Positions 50,860-60,693 are shown, counted from the first letter of the stretch. The stretch: 64,000 bases of DNA from an uncultured Candidatus Saccharibacteria bacterium (GCA_964394985.1 CAYMZK010000001.1:63957-127956), one strand, 5' to 3'. Translations and numbers: made by a program. The notes: generated by a model not told the origin, from the letters alone.

Positions 50860-51483
50860 ATGAAGGTTACCAATAAATTATTGTTCGACAAAAAGGAAAT
50901 CGGGAAAATAATTTTTGATTCGAATGATTTTTGTATTTCCAAAATAAAAAAACAGATAAACAGAAGCATATCAGAATTAAATAAATTTTATAAAATAAAA
51001 ATTCCAAAAATAAATATTGAATTAATTTATTCCAAGACCAAATTCGATGAGATAATAAAAAGAAAGTCTCCAAATTGGCTTGTGGGAATTACTATTAAGA
51101 ATAAGATATACATATTCAGCCCGCTCTGTATGGAAAAATACACCTCGCACAATAAAAAAGATTTTAACAAAAATTTAAACCATGAAATTTGTCATCTTTT
51201 TAACATGGCTATAAATAAAAAACTACCAACATGGATAGATGAGGGCTCAGCCCTATACTTATCAAAACAAAAAAAGAATCATAGTTTTAATAAATCCGAC
51301 TGGCTGTTTTTTATAAATAAATTGAATAGCAGAATGACTATAAAGACATTCACGGATCATAATGGCTATAAAATAGCATATCATATGACCGATAAAATAG
51401 TTAAAAAAAGGGGGCTAAAATATTTACTGAAATTAATAAAAGAGCCTTCTCGTCTTGGACGAGAAGGCTTGTTTGAAAGCTAG
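50860..51483 (+). CDS. HExxH (gluzincin/MA-like) metallopeptidase-like protein
   Basis: LNHEICHL ... PTWIDEGSA. Confidence 0.7.
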   Translation: MKVTNKLLFDKKEIGKIIFDSNDFCISKIKKQINRSISELNKFYKIKIPKINIELIYSKTKFDEIIKRKSPNWLVGITIKNKIYIFSPLCMEKYTSHNKKDFNKNLNHEICHLFNMAINKKLPTWIDEGSALYLSKQKKNHSFNKSDWLFFINKLNSRMTIKTFTDHNGYKIAYHMTDKIVKKRGLKYLLKLIKEPSRLGREGLFES

Positions 51484-51599
51484 CTGTTGTCGCATCCGCG
51501 ACAATCACAACTAACTCCACTAGTTGAAACAGACTTGGGAACTGGTTTTGTTAAACGATTCCAGCCCTTGCGTCGTTTCAATACGACTTTTGCCTTCAT
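51480..51599 (-). CDS. Unannotated 39-aa Cys-rich candidate RiPP precursor: MKAKVVLKRRKGWNRLTKPVPKSVSTSGVSCDCRGCDNS
   Basis: aggaggtg RBS; starts 17 bp after the rSAM/SPASM stop; terminator hairpin 51443..51470. Confidence 0.75.
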   Translation of the reverse strand: MKAKVVLKRRKGWNRLTKPVPKSVSTSGVSCDCRGCDNS

Positions 51600-51616
51600 T
51601 GATATCACCTCCTTTC

Positions 51617-52438
51617 TTATTGTATAAAGGTTGCAGGGTCAAAATGTGTCCACAATAAAGGGCAACCACCTATACAGGTTCCCCAATATTTGCATTTCAT
51701 ACATTTCTCAACCGGATAGCGCCAAAGATCTTTTCTAAATTCAAATGGAACGCTATCAGGGTTATTCCATTCCTTAAGAAAATCATTTTTTAGAAAGAAA
51801 TTTCCATTTCTTCCTCTAACATTATTAATTAATGGAGCATCGGAAAAGTGAGTGCATGGGAGAATAGACCCGTTTGTGTCAAAAACCGCACCTTCTCCTT
51901 CGTACATATGGCATCCCACAGATATCCATTTCAAAGCAATCATTTCATTCAAAACATCTTTATCTATAAGACATATAGGAAATGTTGCGTTTAGATGAAA
52001 GGATAAATTTGCGACTCTAGCCTTACGAAATAAAGAGGTGACTGTCTCGCCCAATTCTTTCGGAGATAAGCACTGGTCAGCAAAAACTCCTTTCTCGGAA
52101 ACTACTGGTATAGCACAGTTAAAAACACTTTTTTCAACTCCTAGTTTCTGAGTTAATCTTACAATATCTAACAAATGATGATAGTTATTCTTGGTTATTG
52201 TCGTTAAAGAGCTGACAGACCCAACAACAGAACAGTTTTTGATTCCTGCCAACGTTTCTGCGAAACTACCATAGCAACAAGTCGCCATGTCATGCTCTTC
52301 GGAGCTGGCTGATATCAAGGAAATAGTCAACTTATTCAACCCGCACCGGAAAATGTCTCGAGCAAAAACCGGATTGGAAAATTTTCTTCCGTTACTCACA
52401 ATTCGTTGTCGGTTATTCAATTGGTTAAGTACTACCAA
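51617..52438 (-). pseudogene. Radical SAM/SPASM protein, 5'-truncated
   Basis: SPASM motifs (GC...GSILPC...C..C.....CIGGCP) present; CxxxCxxC absent; homology begins at IVSNG right after a duplicated promoter module. Confidence 0.75.
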
Positions 52439-52513
52439 TACTATACTAAAATATTAATTTAAAGTCAAATTTTACTAAAATAAAAGGCGGTGAAGATTGT
52501 TTTCTTTTGGAGA

Positions 52514-53650
52514 TTAAATCTTCACCGCTTTGAGCTTTTGCTCTTTTCTGCCAAAGTCAACTGACTTAGCATACTTTAGTATTTTGGCAAGAAATGCCTC
52601 GTTAATGTCTGGGAGCCATTCATATTCTCCCAAAAGGGTTTGAGGGGCGTTCACTACCTGAAATTGGCATTCGTGAGTTATGTACGGAACATATTGAGCT
52701 GTAGCTCTGTCAAAGATTCTTTGTAACTTGCTCAACAAAGATCTTGAGCTGTAGTCAGCTGAATCGCCGTAGTAAAAACCCTTAATGCCAAGATGCTTTA
52801 GGGAGATATCGTTAATCCAGCGAATACACTTGGGTCTGGGATGAACAACATGAAATGCTTGGTTGGTTGACGGAACGTCAATCAGCTTAGTTAAAGTTCT
52901 TCCTGCCCAGTCAATTGGCACTATGTTCAGAGTAGAAGTTGGAGAAAGACCAATATAGATTGGCAATGTAAGCATTCCATCGGAGTCAAAGAAGACTCCT
53001 TCTATCTTATATTTTTCTAGTTCCTGTCTACTTTTGGCGAGTAAACTTTGCCTTAAGTGCCACAACGCACCCTCAAACGCATAATACCCATCAAAAGAGG
53101 ATATATGGCCCGTTTTAGAGTCGCCCACCATAATGGCTAAGCGATAAATAGAATAGCTTCCGTTCTTCCGTGCTCTGACTAATCGTTCAGCTTCTTTCTT
53201 TGTTCTTTCATAGACATTGCGACATGTCTGACCTTTGTCAAAGTCATCTTCCGCGAAGAAAGAAGAATCTCCTGCCACATAAGCCGTGCTAACTTGATGG
53301 AATTCTTCAATCCCCAACTCTTCTGCTAAATGCAAAAGGTTTTTAACTCCACCAACATTAACTTTGCTTATCTGCTCGGCTAAAGATTCCTTAAACTTGA
53401 TTGAAGCTGCGCAATTAACAAGCTTGTCAATTTTTCCTTTCCACAAATCCCTTTGAGAAAGAAGCACCCCGCAATTAGGCAAAGTTACATCACCTTGCCA
53501 AGCAACATTTCCTGCTAAAATACGCTCTTTGGCCTGCTGGCCGTTTTTGGCTCTGGTTAGACAAATAATCTTGTGCCCTCTCTTTTCTAAGAGAGGAGCA
53601 AGAGTAGAGCCGACTGTTCCAGTAGCCCCAGTTAACAGAATGGTTGACAT
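52514..53650 (-). CDS. Extended SDR / fatty acyl-reductase-like oxidoreductase
   Basis: LLTGATGTVG, VSTAYVAG, YERTK. Confidence 0.85.
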   Translation of the reverse strand: MSTILLTGATGTVGSTLAPLLEKRGHKIICLTRAKNGQQAKERILAGNVAWQGDVTLPNCGVLLSQRDLWKGKIDKLVNCAASIKFKESLAEQISKVNVGGVKNLLHLAEELGIEEFHQVSTAYVAGDSSFFAEDDFDKGQTCRNVYERTKKEAERLVRARKNGSYSIYRLAIMVGDSKTGHISSFDGYYAFEGALWHLRQSLLAKSRQELEKYKIEGVFFDSDGMLTLPIYIGLSPTSTLNIVPIDWAGRTLTKLIDVPSTNQAFHVVHPRPKCIRWINDISLKHLGIKGFYYGDSADYSSRSLLSKLQRIFDRATAQYVPYITHECQFQVVNAPQTLLGEYEWLPDINEAFLAKILKYAKSVDFGRKEQKLKAVKI

Positions 53651-53687
53651 AATACACCTCTCTTTCTATTCTTGCCTTATTATATTT

Positions 53688-53869
53688 TTAAAACTGAGAA
53701 ATCTCAGCACTGTCTGCACTATAGCAATAATTATCTCAAAAGTCAAATTTCTGTACTAGTCCATATGATATGATACACCAAAAGACCCTTGAAAAACATA
53801 AAGACCGACGCATCGAAGACCATCTTCGACACATAGTTCAGTTAAATGTATGAAGGTTCAACCTTCATA
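53688..53869 (-). repeat. 182-bp exact duplicated promoter module (copy 2)
   Basis: Identical to 33860..34041. Confidence 0.92.
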
Positions 53870-54566
53870 TATTTGAGTTTAGATAAATAACGTCTTTTCT
53901 TTCCACTACAACTTCCCATCCTTTTTCTTTTGCATGATCATATAGCTTCTGATTTGGATTAAAGCAAATTGGCCTTTCTACTATTTCTAAAAAGGGAATG
54001 TCACTTTCGGTATCACCCATGCCAATTGATTCCTTCAAGCTAAGTTTTTCTTTTTCAATCGCCCTTCTTAAAACCTCCGCTTTATCTTCAATAAAATCAA
54101 GATAAAGAACTTCTCCAGTAAGCTTTTTTTGATTGTCTATTTCAAGTATTCGGCCATATGATTTATCAAAGCCCATTTTCTCACAAAATTCTTCAACTAA
54201 TATTTTGGGAGAATGAGAAATAGCTAAAAGATAATAGTTTTTCTTTTTTAATTCCTCTATAAAATCTCTGGAGTATTTATAAACCCGGTTTCCGTGAAAA
54301 GAAATAACCTTTTTAGATATTTCTAAAAAATCATCATATTTAACTCCCTTAATGTTTTCTATAAAAGCAGTAATAACCGCATGAATATAATTATCATAAG
54401 AACCGCTTCTGTTGAGCCAGTTATTATATGCTTCTTGGTATGACTCTTTTGTTTCTTTAGAAAAAATCCCCTCTTGAATAAGAGCATCTGTTAACTCTAT
54501 TAATAGACTAGATCTAAAGATAGTCCCGTCAATATCAAAAATAGCCACCTTCTTCTTTTCTTCCAT
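53865..54566 (-). CDS. HAD-IB family hydrolase
   Basis: FDIDGT, ISHS, GDTESD, FNP. Confidence 0.88.
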   Translation of the reverse strand: MEEKKKVAIFDIDGTIFRSSLLIELTDALIQEGIFSKETKESYQEAYNNWLNRSGSYDNYIHAVITAFIENIKGVKYDDFLEISKKVISFHGNRVYKYSRDFIEELKKKNYYLLAISHSPKILVEEFCEKMGFDKSYGRILEIDNQKKLTGEVLYLDFIEDKAEVLRRAIEKEKLSLKESIGMGDTESDIPFLEIVERPICFNPNQKLYDHAKEKGWEVVVERKDVIYLNSNI

Positions 54567-54574
54567 AAATTTAA

Positions 54575-54766
54575 TTATTTATTTTTATCCTCTAGAAATT
54601 TTTCAAAAGACCGGTCGTAGGTCTTTTCTGCTTCTTTTGAAAAATAGCAACCCGGCAACTCCCCTCTTTCCCGATGATATTTCACACACTCACAACAAAG
54701 CCCTTTCCTCTCACAAGGATAACTACAATTACAATTATTTAAATTTTCCTCTCTTCTGCACTCCAT
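54575..54766 (-). CDS. Cys-rich small protein (DUF6485-like), copy 1
   Basis: [20 protein letters not shown]...LPGCYF. Confidence 0.7.
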   Translation of the reverse strand: MECRREENLNNCNCSYPCERKGLCCECVKYHRERGELPGCYFSKEAEKTYDRSFEKFLEDKNK

Positions 54767-54899
54767 AATTTTTTATTATTTGAGTAAAGCCGGACTTCAC
54801 CCAAGACTTACTTTCTTTAAGATTAACACTTTAGATGCCAAAAAACAACTTACCTACTTCTTTTTATTTTTTTACTCCTGACCCCTTTTTACTTTTTTA

Positions 54900-55053
54900 T
54901 ATAATTTCTGTTTAAATAGACATTTGCGACTTCTGGTAACTATTTTGACTGCTTGGATCTTCCGGTAATTTTAAATATTTTGACGCCCAATTTTTCATGA
55001 AAAAGTATATCTTCTGGTCTTATTATGCTTGCTTTTAAAATTTCTCTTGGTTA
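54900..55053 (-). pseudogene. Possible U32-family gene fragment
   Basis: Reads PREILKASIIRPEDILFHEKLGVKIFKITG; no usable start codon. Confidence 0.35.
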
Positions 55054-55182
55054 CATTAATTTTTTATTTTTATTAAAAAAACCTGAAGCAATAGGAGTTT
55101 GCTCATCAGTAAAATTATTACCGAAAAAATAAAAGGGCCGTAGTTTTTTTACTACGGCCTTTGATCGAACACTAGATACAAT

Positions 55183-56349
55183 TTAGAAAAATCCGGTTAT
55201 TTCACGATATTGATGCTGCTCTAAAATGTGAAGGATACGTTCGTTGTCAAAAATAACGACAACAATCATAGAACGAAACCGATTAGGATGTTTAAAGTTT
55301 CGCAAACGACTTATGTCCAAATATCGTCTACCCAAACCATCTTCACAAAAAATACTATAAGCGGGAGAAGTAGACATAAGCATGCCATTTTTTGTCCACG
55401 GACGCTCTAATGATATTTCAAAAACTCGTAAAGCTGTGTCGCCATTACTATTCTTGGCATACTTCACAAAAGGAAGCCAGTGCATCCATTCCCCTATTTT
55501 TTCTCCGTTAGAAAGGATAAAACCAACGGGACCATAACCTTTTTGTAGTTCCGAAAGATAAAGCACTCTTGGAGGGCCAGGAGGTTCTGAATGATGAAGA
55601 AAGTTACTTGGATTATCTATAAAAATCATACTATCTTCAAAATTTTCCTTATAACCGCTCTTGCCCAAAAAAGTTACAAAGTGCCTACATTCGTCAAACG
55701 AATAGCCAAGCTCCTTAGAGCTAATAAAGCACAAGGAGTTTCCTTTCTTAATGATTTCGGACAAAGTAACTTCTTCGCTTTTAACGGAGGCAAATTCCTC
55801 AAACTGATACCAGTATATTCCGGTATCCGAAGCTACAAAAATAACTGCCGTTATGTAGTTAAAAATAACGGAAAAAACCACTTCTCCTTTTCTAACACAG
55901 GTGATAGAGCCAGTAGCTCCCGTTATAGAAACAGGTGATTCAAACATCTCCTCCCAGAGGGTTTCAGCATCGCAATCCTTCAGAAGATCCCCTACTTTTG
56001 CCAACTGATTTCCATCGGAGACCTTTTCAAGAAATAATTTAAGTTGCTTAGATCTGTCAGTAGGATCAGAAAAAAACATTAATGGTTGTCTGGTAGGATC
56101 TGCCCCTGTTGGCCAACGTTTGTGAGCGAACTCATCCAGTTCTTCGGTTATAAGAATGCTGTGACGATCAAAATCTCGAAGACGTTCAGAAATAACAAGC
56201 TCTGGTATAGCATCAAGCCCAAGAGTATCTCCTTTTCCGTAATTAACCTTACGTAAAGTTTCAGCACAATCAACATCCATTAATTCTTGCCAAGCCCTTA
56301 AAAGAGCTTTAATGCAAACATCACAATACTGTCTTTCTATTCCTTGCAT
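55183..56349 (-). CDS. Hypothetical protein, inositol-monophosphatase/FBPase-like N-terminus
   Basis: GDTLGLD..E, ITEE, FSDPTD resemble FIG-superfamily motifs. Confidence 0.5.
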   Translation of the reverse strand: MQGIERQYCDVCIKALLRAWQELMDVDCAETLRKVNYGKGDTLGLDAIPELVISERLRDFDRHSILITEELDEFAHKRWPTGADPTRQPLMFFSDPTDRSKQLKLFLEKVSDGNQLAKVGDLLKDCDAETLWEEMFESPVSITGATGSITCVRKGEVVFSVIFNYITAVIFVASDTGIYWYQFEEFASVKSEEVTLSEIIKKGNSLCFISSKELGYSFDECRHFVTFLGKSGYKENFEDSMIFIDNPSNFLHHSEPPGPPRVLYLSELQKGYGPVGFILSNGEKIGEWMHWLPFVKYAKNSNGDTALRVFEISLERPWTKNGMLMSTSPAYSIFCEDGLGRRYLDISRLRNFKHPNRFRSMIVVVIFDNERILHILEQHQYREITGFF

Positions 56350-56573
56350 GATATATTCTCCTTTCTATTTTTTATTGTAAAGGTTCTTTATTCTACCAAC
56401 TTAAGATTAGCTCAATAAAAAGAAAATTTCAAGTTTAATTTGAGAAAATAGCATCAACTCTGATTTTCCTAATATAAAAAAGCTCCTGACCCCTTTTTCT
56501 GCAAAAATTAATCTATTAAAAAGGCCGTAGCGGAATAATTTCCGAAACGGCCATAGCGAATTAATTCGCATTA

Positions 56574-56774
56574 TCATTTATTGCCGATAATGCGACCATC
56601 GACATCCCGGATAAAAACTGGATTTCGAGATGAATCGAACACAGCGTGTCCGCCACGATCACCCGGCAAACCCGTTCTCACAATCTTGAGATCTGTCTTT
56701 CCATCAGAGCGATTGCGATGGATCAGTGTCTCGCCACTGCGAGAATTGTGAAAAACAACATCACCTTTACTCAT
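56574..56774 (-). CDS. Small hypothetical protein (66 aa)
   Basis: aaggag RBS, own promoter and terminator hairpin 56523..56552. Confidence 0.6.
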   Translation of the reverse strand: MSKGDVVFHNSRSGETLIHRNRSDGKTDLKIVRTGLPGDRGGHAVFDSSRNPVFIRDVDGRIIGNK

Positions 56775-57053
56775 TTTTCTACTCCTTAATTAGTAATGAC
56801 ATCTTTCAACCGAAAACAATTTTCGGTTTTTGTGCTATTTTTAGTATAGCAAATAACAATGCTTTTTTCAACATTTCATATTAACTCATAAAATTCAGAG
56901 TTGACACCATTTTTTGAGCCCGGTCCTCTTCATTATACCTCACCTCAATATCAATATAATTTAAACAAAAAATGTGCTTAACCCGGTTAAGCACATTTTG
57001 TATAAAAGACGGATCCCTAGCTTAAAAAAGCTCCTGGCCCCTTTTACTCCCTT

Positions 57054-57686
57054 TTACGCTCCCCTTTTACACTTCTTTATAATTGTATTTAGAGAATTAA
57101 CTAAACTTATTATTTTAAAATCACTTATTATTTTTTTTAAATCATAGCCCCCTAACCACATCTTTTCAATTATTTCTCTAATTTCTTGATGAACTTGATA
57201 CCCCCTATCTTCAATATTTTTGAATTCTGAATTATTAATTACTGTAAGGACTTCTTTTAATTCCTGAATTCCATTATTTGTATAGCCTAATTTTTTGCAA
57301 AAATCCATCCATTTGTCTAAAAAGGCAATATGAGAAAATTCATGTATAATTGTGCTAGGGATGGGGTTAGAAAAATTATAAGAAGAAGCTTTTACCGAAA
57401 GCAAAATGCATTTCTTCTCAAGATATATGGCCGATGTTTTGGTAGTAACGATATAACACTTAAGGATTTCTGGGAGATTGTATTCATAAATTTTAAAAAT
57501 AGTTTTCTTAAGATCCTCATCTCTATTCCATAAAGTATAATATTCTAGAATTTTTTCTTGGGCTATTTTTTTATCTTCTTCTGTAATAGAAATCTTATCT
57601 GGAAATTTCTTCCCAAACATTTCTTTATATTTTAGAGTTGATTCCCAAGCCCTCTTATTTATTTGTTCATCATATTTAAAATCCAT
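57054..57686 (-). CDS. HExxH metallopeptidase-like protein
   Basis: TIIHEFSHI ... QELKEVL; likely start MDFKY at 57686 (ORF track gives 57725). Confidence 0.6.
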   Translation of the reverse strand: MDFKYDEQINKRAWESTLKYKEMFGKKFPDKISITEEDKKIAQEKILEYYTLWNRDEDLKKTIFKIYEYNLPEILKCYIVTTKTSAIYLEKKCILLSVKASSYNFSNPIPSTIIHEFSHIAFLDKWMDFCKKLGYTNNGIQELKEVLTVINNSEFKNIEDRGYQVHQEIREIIEKMWLGGYDLKKIISDFKIISLVNSLNTIIKKCKRGA

Positions 57687-57752
57687 AAAATTAGAAGGGT
57701 GGACCATCAATGCTTGACAGTCCACCCCTTGCTAAGAAGGGCAAGGCATAAG

Positions 57753-57878
57753 TTAAACGCAACCGTCACAGTTGCATTCGTAACATGGGGAAGGACAACC
57801 ATCATTGGATGTCCTTATTCCTTGCGGAATTTCGCTGAGCACCTCAGTAATCTTCAGCATTTTAATTAATTCTTCCAT
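57753..57878 (-). CDS. Unannotated 41-aa Cys-rich candidate RiPP precursor: MEELIKMLKITEVLSEIPQGIRTSNDGCPSPCYECNCDGCV
   Basis: aggag RBS overlapping the rSAM stop; five C-terminal Cys; stem-loop immediately after the stop. Confidence 0.8.
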   Translation of the reverse strand: MEELIKMLKITEVLSEIPQGIRTSNDGCPSPCYECNCDGCV

Positions 57879-57889
57879 GATACTTTCTC

Positions 57890-58936
57890 CTACTCAATAA
57901 ATGGTTTTACAATGTCTTCTGGGTTATCGATCGCCCATCTTAAAGGACATCCTCCGCCACAATCTTGATACATTATACAATCTCTACACTTGAACGAAGG
58001 ATATGATCCTACCTGGTTGTAATAACCCAACACAGTTTCTGAATTTATCCACTGCCTTAATGAATCAGCGTTAACAAAATCGGTTCCGTAATGCCCTATT
58101 GGATAACCAAATAGAGCGTTACACATTAAAATACTTCCACGCTCGTCCCATATCAAGCCCTTACCCTTCCTAAGCTGACATACGCTAATGATTTGATCTT
58201 TTTTCTTAAGCTGTTTGATAAATTCACGTTCGAAGAGACAAAAAGGAATCATCATTTCAAACACTAACTTGCCTTTTGTAATTTTATCCAACTCAGGATA
58301 ATCCCTCATAATATTGGATGCCAACTCACGAGAGGGAACCATGTAAGTTGAGTCTGGCTTATTGTCCGTAAAAGTCGTGGAACAAAAATTAATCTGAACT
58401 CCTTTCGCTCCACAATCCATTGCAAATTGAACCATCTCCGGAAGACTGCCACAGTAGAAAGAATTATAGGTAATTGCGATTTGGCAATAAAACGCAACAC
58501 AAGCTCTTTCTACCCCTTTTTTCATTTTGTCAAAATCAGCTGAGCCAGAAACTTCTTTAAATTGTTGTGGACCCCAAGCTTTGAGGGAAAGCCCCATTTT
58601 GTCATTTGGATTTCTTTGATATTCTTCCCAAAATTCATCATCTCCAAAACGAAGAGCGTTTGTTACTAAAATACTCTTTATCCCTATCTCTTTACAGAAA
58701 CGATTATATTTAGGAAGAGCATCCCACAAAGTAGGCTCTCCCCCAATAGGAAGCATCCCTTCAACCCCTATTTCTTTTGACAAGAGCGTTAAATCTCTTG
58801 CCAACTGAAAAGACATTTCGTTTGCCTGATAATCTGTCCCTTCAGCATAGCACCAACGACATCTCAGATTACATCTCCTGTTAACTGTAAGCCAAGACAT
58901 TTTTGGTTCAATTCTATTCTTCTTTCCTTCAAACAT
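57890..58936 (-). CDS. Radical SAM/SPASM maturase
   Basis: CNLRCRWC, GGEPTL, VTN; SPASM C...GSILMC...CRDC.....CGGGCP. Confidence 0.9.
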   Translation of the reverse strand: MFEGKKNRIEPKMSWLTVNRRCNLRCRWCYAEGTDYQANEMSFQLARDLTLLSKEIGVEGMLPIGGEPTLWDALPKYNRFCKEIGIKSILVTNALRFGDDEFWEEYQRNPNDKMGLSLKAWGPQQFKEVSGSADFDKMKKGVERACVAFYCQIAITYNSFYCGSLPEMVQFAMDCGAKGVQINFCSTTFTDNKPDSTYMVPSRELASNIMRDYPELDKITKGKLVFEMMIPFCLFEREFIKQLKKKDQIISVCQLRKGKGLIWDERGSILMCNALFGYPIGHYGTDFVNADSLRQWINSETVLGYYNQVGSYPSFKCRDCIMYQDCGGGCPLRWAIDNPEDIVKPFIE

Positions 58937-59042
58937 TCTACACCCTACCTTTCTTATTTTAAAGAGCTAAGGAGCTAAAAATATTCTTTAGCTATTACCT
59001 TAATTTAACCACATTTTAAGAGCAATTGCAAACCATCCGGAC

Positions 59043-59437
59043 TGGGTTCAAGGAATTAACGCACAATCAGACTAGTGGTATAGTAAGAGTATATGAAAAA
59101 GAAATACCACCGTCTAACTCTAGCTGATCGAGTTCCTAGGGGAGAGCTTAAGAAGGAATTAATGAGAGGATTAAGAAGAGAAAGAAGATTAAGACAGAGT
59201 AGAAAATATGCTCATTATCGCAAACAGAGAATTAAAGACATAGTAAGCATCTCTGAAAGGCCTAAAGAAGTAAAAGATAGAATTGTTCCTGGACACTGGG
59301 AAGGAGACCTAATAGTGGGAAAACAACACAGTAGCGCACTAGGAACATTGGTAGAAAGGACCACTAGATTAACTCTTTCTACGAGAAGTTTTATCAATTA
59401 ATTACTGGTCGGAAATGTGCACTAGAAACTTAAGTTC
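59043..59437 (+). mobile_element. Internally deleted IS30-family remnant
   Basis: [40 protein letters not shown]; IS30-like right end tgtgcactagaaacttaagttca. Confidence 0.8.
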
Positions 59438-59514
59438 AGCTCCTGACCCTTTTTTCCCAATTAATAATATTTTATTTTTCTAAGAAAAAAAACTCCTGAC
59501 CCCTTTTTTCAAAT

Positions 59515-60489
59515 TTAAATATTTGGGTTTAATATTTTTTCGGCTGGAGAAATTCCTCCCAAAACCTTGTGAGGGAAATAATTCCAGACATCGTTTATTA
59601 AGTATAACATTCTTTCAAATTCTTCCGGACTTTGATTTTGATCAAGCTTTTTTACTATTTCATCTAATTCTTTATGGCTTTTTTCATTATAAATAATTTC
59701 TTTAATCTCATCTATAGTTATATTCGCTTTATATTTTTTGATTAAAGCCAGAAGGTTTTTTTCTATTTCTTTTCTTTTTTTAGCGATACTTTCTTTTGTC
59801 TCTTTTTTCACCGATTTTGCCATATCTGGATATACAAACATTTTGTCATCAAGACCGCTCATTTCAAGCTCATCCATCAACTCATTAGCAATATCGCCCT
59901 TAATACCCTCTTCTCTCCCAAAATTTTTTTCTAAGGCAGCAAGTCGCATCTGCTTTCTGGTTTCTGGGTTATTCTTTTCTTTTTTTATTTTTTCTTGCTC
60001 TTTTTTACTTAAATTTAAAAAGGATTTTTTTGTTTCTTGAGCAACCTCATAATTTTTTTTAACAAACTCACTTCCTAAACTTAGGCTTTTCGCTCGATTT
60101 ATCCACGCAAGACCTTCTTCAAAATCAAATTCACTAATATAACTACTGCCTAAATCAAGATATGCCTTGTAATCCATTAAATTTAAATTTACAGCATTTC
60201 TTAAATCCTTTCTTCCTTCCTCTGTCTTTCCTAGCATAATTTTTGTCCAGCCCAAACTTCTAATAACTTCCGGGTGATTAGGATCTAATCTATCTGCCTC
60301 TAAAAAAGATTTTTCTGCCAAAGAGAATAACCCTGTTTTTAATCTGGCGACTCCTAAAAGATAATACCCATAGGCATTATTTGGAAATTTTTTAATAATT
60401 TTTTTCAAAGCCAAAATTGCTTCAATAAATTTATTTTCATTCATTAAAGAATCTACTTCTTCAATATATTTTTCAAAATCTTTTTTCAT
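59515..60489 (-). CDS. TPR protein
   Basis: TPR repeats; C-terminal WNYFPHKVLGGISPAE motif. Confidence 0.75.
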   Translation of the reverse strand: MKKDFEKYIEEVDSLMNENKFIEAILALKKIIKKFPNNAYGYYLLGVARLKTGLFSLAEKSFLEADRLDPNHPEVIRSLGWTKIMLGKTEEGRKDLRNAVNLNLMDYKAYLDLGSSYISEFDFEEGLAWINRAKSLSLGSEFVKKNYEVAQETKKSFLNLSKKEQEKIKKEKNNPETRKQMRLAALEKNFGREEGIKGDIANELMDELEMSGLDDKMFVYPDMAKSVKKETKESIAKKRKEIEKNLLALIKKYKANITIDEIKEIIYNEKSHKELDEIVKKLDQNQSPEEFERMLYLINDVWNYFPHKVLGGISPAEKILNPNI

Positions 60490-60501
60490 AAGTTTACTTA
60501 T

Positions 60502-60693
60502 TTATTTATTTTTATCCTCTAGAAATTTTTCAAAAGACCGGTCGTAGGTCTTTTCTGCTTCTTTTGAAAAATAGCAACCCGGCAACTCCCCTCTTTCCCG
60601 ATGATATTTCACACACTCACAACAAAGCCCTTTCCTCTCACAAGGATAACTACAATTACAATTATTTAAATTTTCCTCTCTTCTGCACTCCAT
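60502..60693 (-). CDS. Cys-rich small protein (DUF6485-like), copy 2
   Basis: Identical to 54575..54766, within a 316-bp exact duplication. Confidence 0.7.
   Translation of the reverse strand: MECRREENLNNCNCSYPCERKGLCCECVKYHRERGELPGCYFSKEAEKTYDRSFEKFLEDKNK

Noticed and set aside
54575-54766. DUF6485-like Cys-rich protein as the rSAM precursor
   Set aside because: Not adjacent to either rSAM, Cys spread like a metal-binding fold, and better precursors lie directly downstream of each rSAM
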